Assembly (NCBI GenBank): GCA_950097015.1
Contig: CATNEN010000007.1
Span: 6,634,001 to 6,698,000, forward strand
DNA from: Macrostomum hystrix
Lineage: Eukaryota > Animalia > Platyhelminthes
DNA: 64,000 nucleotides
Direction: 5' to 3'
Part shown: positions 61,367 through 64,000 of the stretch, piece by piece
How positions within the stretch are numbered: the first letter of the stretch is position 1
Layout of the letters: each line of letters opens with the position of its first letter
Position numbers and translations under genes: made by a program
Notes under the pieces: generated by a model
What the model was told of the DNA's origin: nothing
The model's database searches: none
Seen by the model: the letters and a program-made list of their open reading frames with translations, nothing else

Positions 61367-63198
61367 ATGGCAGATCAGAAACTTCAAAAGCTCTACTACG
61401 GCGACAAAGGATTCTTTGTAGGAAAAAATGCAGTCACCAAACTCGCAAAACTAAGTAATGAATCAAAACAAACAGTTGAAAGATGGCTCTCTAAGCAAGC
61501 AGTTTACCAAGTCTATTTCCCACCTGTTAAATTTACAAGACCTCACTTTAAAATATATAAACCTAATGAAGCGCACCAAGCAGATCTTCTGTTTCTCCCC
61601 AATGAGTCAAGCGGTCTGGCTTCTTTATATCCGGAGGCAATGTCTATAACTGTAAGAGCATACTTGTAGCCTAAGACTAAGAAGTCAGAAGCAGTTGCAG
61701 CTGCCCTCCCAAGACATTTACAAAAACTCACCGCTCACATACCCCCAAACCTTTATGACTGATCCTGGCAAAGAATTCATGGGTGCAGTCAAATCCCTTA
61801 TGGAAAAGAAAAATACGAAAATGCGCTACGGAAGAACTGAGCTCCATAGAGACCAGGCTTTTGTTGAAAGATTGAATCTAACTCTAGCAAAGAGACTTTT
61901 TACAAAGCAGACAGCTGAAGAGCTGAAACTAAAAAGTGGCCAATACTTTACCAAGTGGACAGAAAGACTCCCCGCAGTAATAAGTCAACTGAACAAGGAA
62001 GTATCTCGAATGACAAACCTGAAACCAAATACTGCCATCAAACAAGACAGAGTTAATTCAAAACATCCGATCTCCAATTCCCAATTCCCAATTCCAAAGC
62101 TCCCTGGCGTTTATTCTCCGGAAGTTCTTACTAACTCTGAATTCGTTAGCTTCCTTTACTTACCAGGAGAGCTGGAGAAGGACACAAAGAGAAGAGCAAC
62201 AGACCCATACTTTAGTCTTGATGTACATTATTATTATTATTATTATTGAGGTGCGCACCGCGATTGGGTGCTGATTTTTTTGTTTATTTTATGTTTGAGG
62301 TTAAACAAATCGATTTTTTAAAGAGAAGGCGATAGGAAAACAGTAGCATGCGTAATTTTAGGTTAATAAAATATTTGAAAAAAAAACAATTTTTTTAAAG
62401 AAACAAAGGCATTAAAACAAAAAATGAAATATTGAAATTTAAAGAGAAAATTAAAACTTACCGAAAGGAGAATGGCTATTGTGTTTTCGCATTCTAACTA
62501 TGGGCCTCAGGGCAGTGGCTTTTTATCTAGCTTTAATTATGCTTTCTATGAAGTCCACAAAACTTTCTGTTAATTCTGTGCTTTCCTGTGTCATTAAATA
62601 CACAATTTTGTCATCAGCTGTTAGGCTTTCGAAATTTCGAACAGTACCTGCTACTTTCTCTATGAATTTATTTCTAATTGGAACATAAACGGACCAATCG
62701 CATCTAAAGAGAATATGAGTTTCGTTCTCTACATCGACTCTACATTTTGGGCATGTTCTGTTTTCATAGGCGATTTTCGGTCTTACAGTGCGCAATGTCT
62801 CACAGGCCAGTTTGTGGTTTCCTAGACGAAATCGGGACATTGTGCGTCTTTGTTCTGGGTTAGAGATTATTGTTAGGTACTTTTCTCGGGAGAAATCTTT
62901 CTTCAACGTGTAATAGAAGTGGCTGAGCTTGGCTGATTTTCCCATCCTCTGAGTCCAGTGCCTTCGAAACTCTGACTCAAAGTTCTCTCTGTGCGTTTTG
63001 ATGGACTTTGTTTTTCTAGTCTGTTGACAATTCCGCATTACTTCACTATTCATTTTTTCCCAATGAATAGACAGGCATTTCACATCAGTATCCGGTGATT
63101 ACTATTTTCTATCCCAAGACTTTAATTCAAAAGCCCCCACACGATCATTCACAAGGGCTGAGCTTCTAGTGATTCCACATGATACAGAAATAAATTAA
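61367..63198 (+). pseudogene. Polinton-type DDE integrase disrupted by a 64-bp inversion, a +1 frameshift and a LINE insertion
   Basis: HQADLLFLP, (inverted) GYKYALTVIDIAS, TDPGKEFMG, VERLNLTL, RRATDPYFS. The C-terminus resumes after the LINE as IDRHF...APTRSFTRAELLVIPHDTEIN*. Confidence 0.88.
62229..63062 (-). mobile_element. 5'-truncated non-LTR retrotransposon (ORF2 C-terminus, 3' UTR, (AAT)n tail)
   Basis: SRFRLGNHKLACET...RTCPKC..VENETHILFRC; the (AAT)n tail abuts the integrase. Confidence 0.85.
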
Positions 63199-63212
63199 TT
63201 TTTTTAAATAAA

Positions 63213-63659
63213 ATGATTGAAACCAAAATTGTGAATAAAATCAGCAGAATTATCGACTCTAAGAAGACAGGTGTTATATCAATTAAAGGTGTCAAAGTCA
63301 AAGTAGATCCAATCCAGCATCTAATGCATTGTAACAATCAAACGCACAATATCACTGATGAGAAGACAGGCGGGATTCTTCCTTTGCTAACTCTTATCCC
63401 CATCATCGCAGGTGCTCTTGGTGCTGCAGGAGGTGTAGCCGGCGGAGTTGCATCAGCTGTGAAGGCTGGCAATGACAGAGCACATCAACAAGAGATGGAG
63501 AAAATCGCTAGAGAAAAAGGATTCAGAATCGGAATGGGTAGTTGTGAATCAGTTAATGAATCAGTTGATGAATCAGTTGATGAATCAGTCAGCAAATCAG
63601 AAATCGTTAAAGCCATCATGACACTGCATAAAGCAGGATTTACAATACTCCGGATGTGA
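63213..63659 (+). CDS. Adenovirus pX (mu precursor)-like virion protein of the Polinton
   Basis: TGGILPLLTLIPIIAGALGAAGGVA resembles adenovirus pX RGG-ILPLLIPLIAAAIGAVPGIA. The 148-aa ORF is intact and starts 14 nt after the integrase stop. Confidence 0.75.
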   Translation: MIETKIVNKISRIIDSKKTGVISIKGVKVKVDPIQHLMHCNNQTHNITDEKTGGILPLLTLIPIIAGALGAAGGVAGGVASAVKAGNDRAHQQEMEKIAREKGFRIGMGSCESVNESVDESVDESVSKSEIVKAIMTLHKAGFTILRM

Positions 63660-64000
63660 AAACAGAACAGAACAGAATCTGCTCTCATAACTATATTTAG
63701 CACTGTTGGCAGTAGTTTCTCATACTTTACATTTCACTTGAGGGTGACCACCCAAGTTTATTAATTTAAATTTAAATTTAAATTAAAAAACTTTTTTTCT
63801 GCATCTGTTTTCTGTATCAAATCATTTCTTATCTTCCAGCTTTTCTGTAAAACTATAATATTAAATCTGTGTTCTTACTTCCACTGTTGGGCGAGCTTGT
63901 TTAGTGTAGCTTTATATATTGAGAAAAGTCTGAATAATAAAAGTCAAAGCATGCATGCAGTTGTGCCCATAAAAAGTCTGAGACAAACACTATCGGTAAA

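Larger units (their letters stand above)
59749..64000 (+). mobile_element. Left end of a Polinton/Maverick (adintovirus-like) element, probably running off the window
   Basis: The terminus begins AGTAGT. A ~370-bp TIR with internal repeats is followed by a retroviral-type integrase and an adenovirus pX-like ORF. Confidence 0.8.

Overview
Eukaryotic (metazoan) genomic DNA. GC-rich exons with Ala/Gln/Ser runs and short GT-AG introns resemble a free-living flatworm such as Macrostomum; this is an impression and cannot be verified from the window. The left part (1-29 kb) holds four spliced minus-strand genes. They are a type II membrane FkbM-family methyltransferase, xbp1, a ~2000-aa SETD2/Set2 homologue and a divergent RRN3/TIF-IA. 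xbp1 has a clear 23-nt IRE1 dual-hairpin intron and a perfect ERSE, TATA box and UPRE in its promoter. The SETD2 homologue keeps its WW and SRI domains but has lost the SET-domain NH and ELxFDY motifs. tRNA-derived SINEs, MITEs and minisatellites lie between and within these genes. The right part (29-64 kb) is nested transposon debris: four Gypsy relics (one with a tandem-RING accessory ORF), three related Helitrons carrying two internal satellite arrays, hAT and piggyBac transposase relics, and a LINE 3' fragment. It ends with the left end of a Polinton/adintovirus-like element: AGTAGT TIR, an integrase with a 64-bp micro-inversion, and an adenovirus pX-like ORF. All exon models and homology calls were made by eye from splice-phase consistency and remembered motifs; no searches were run.
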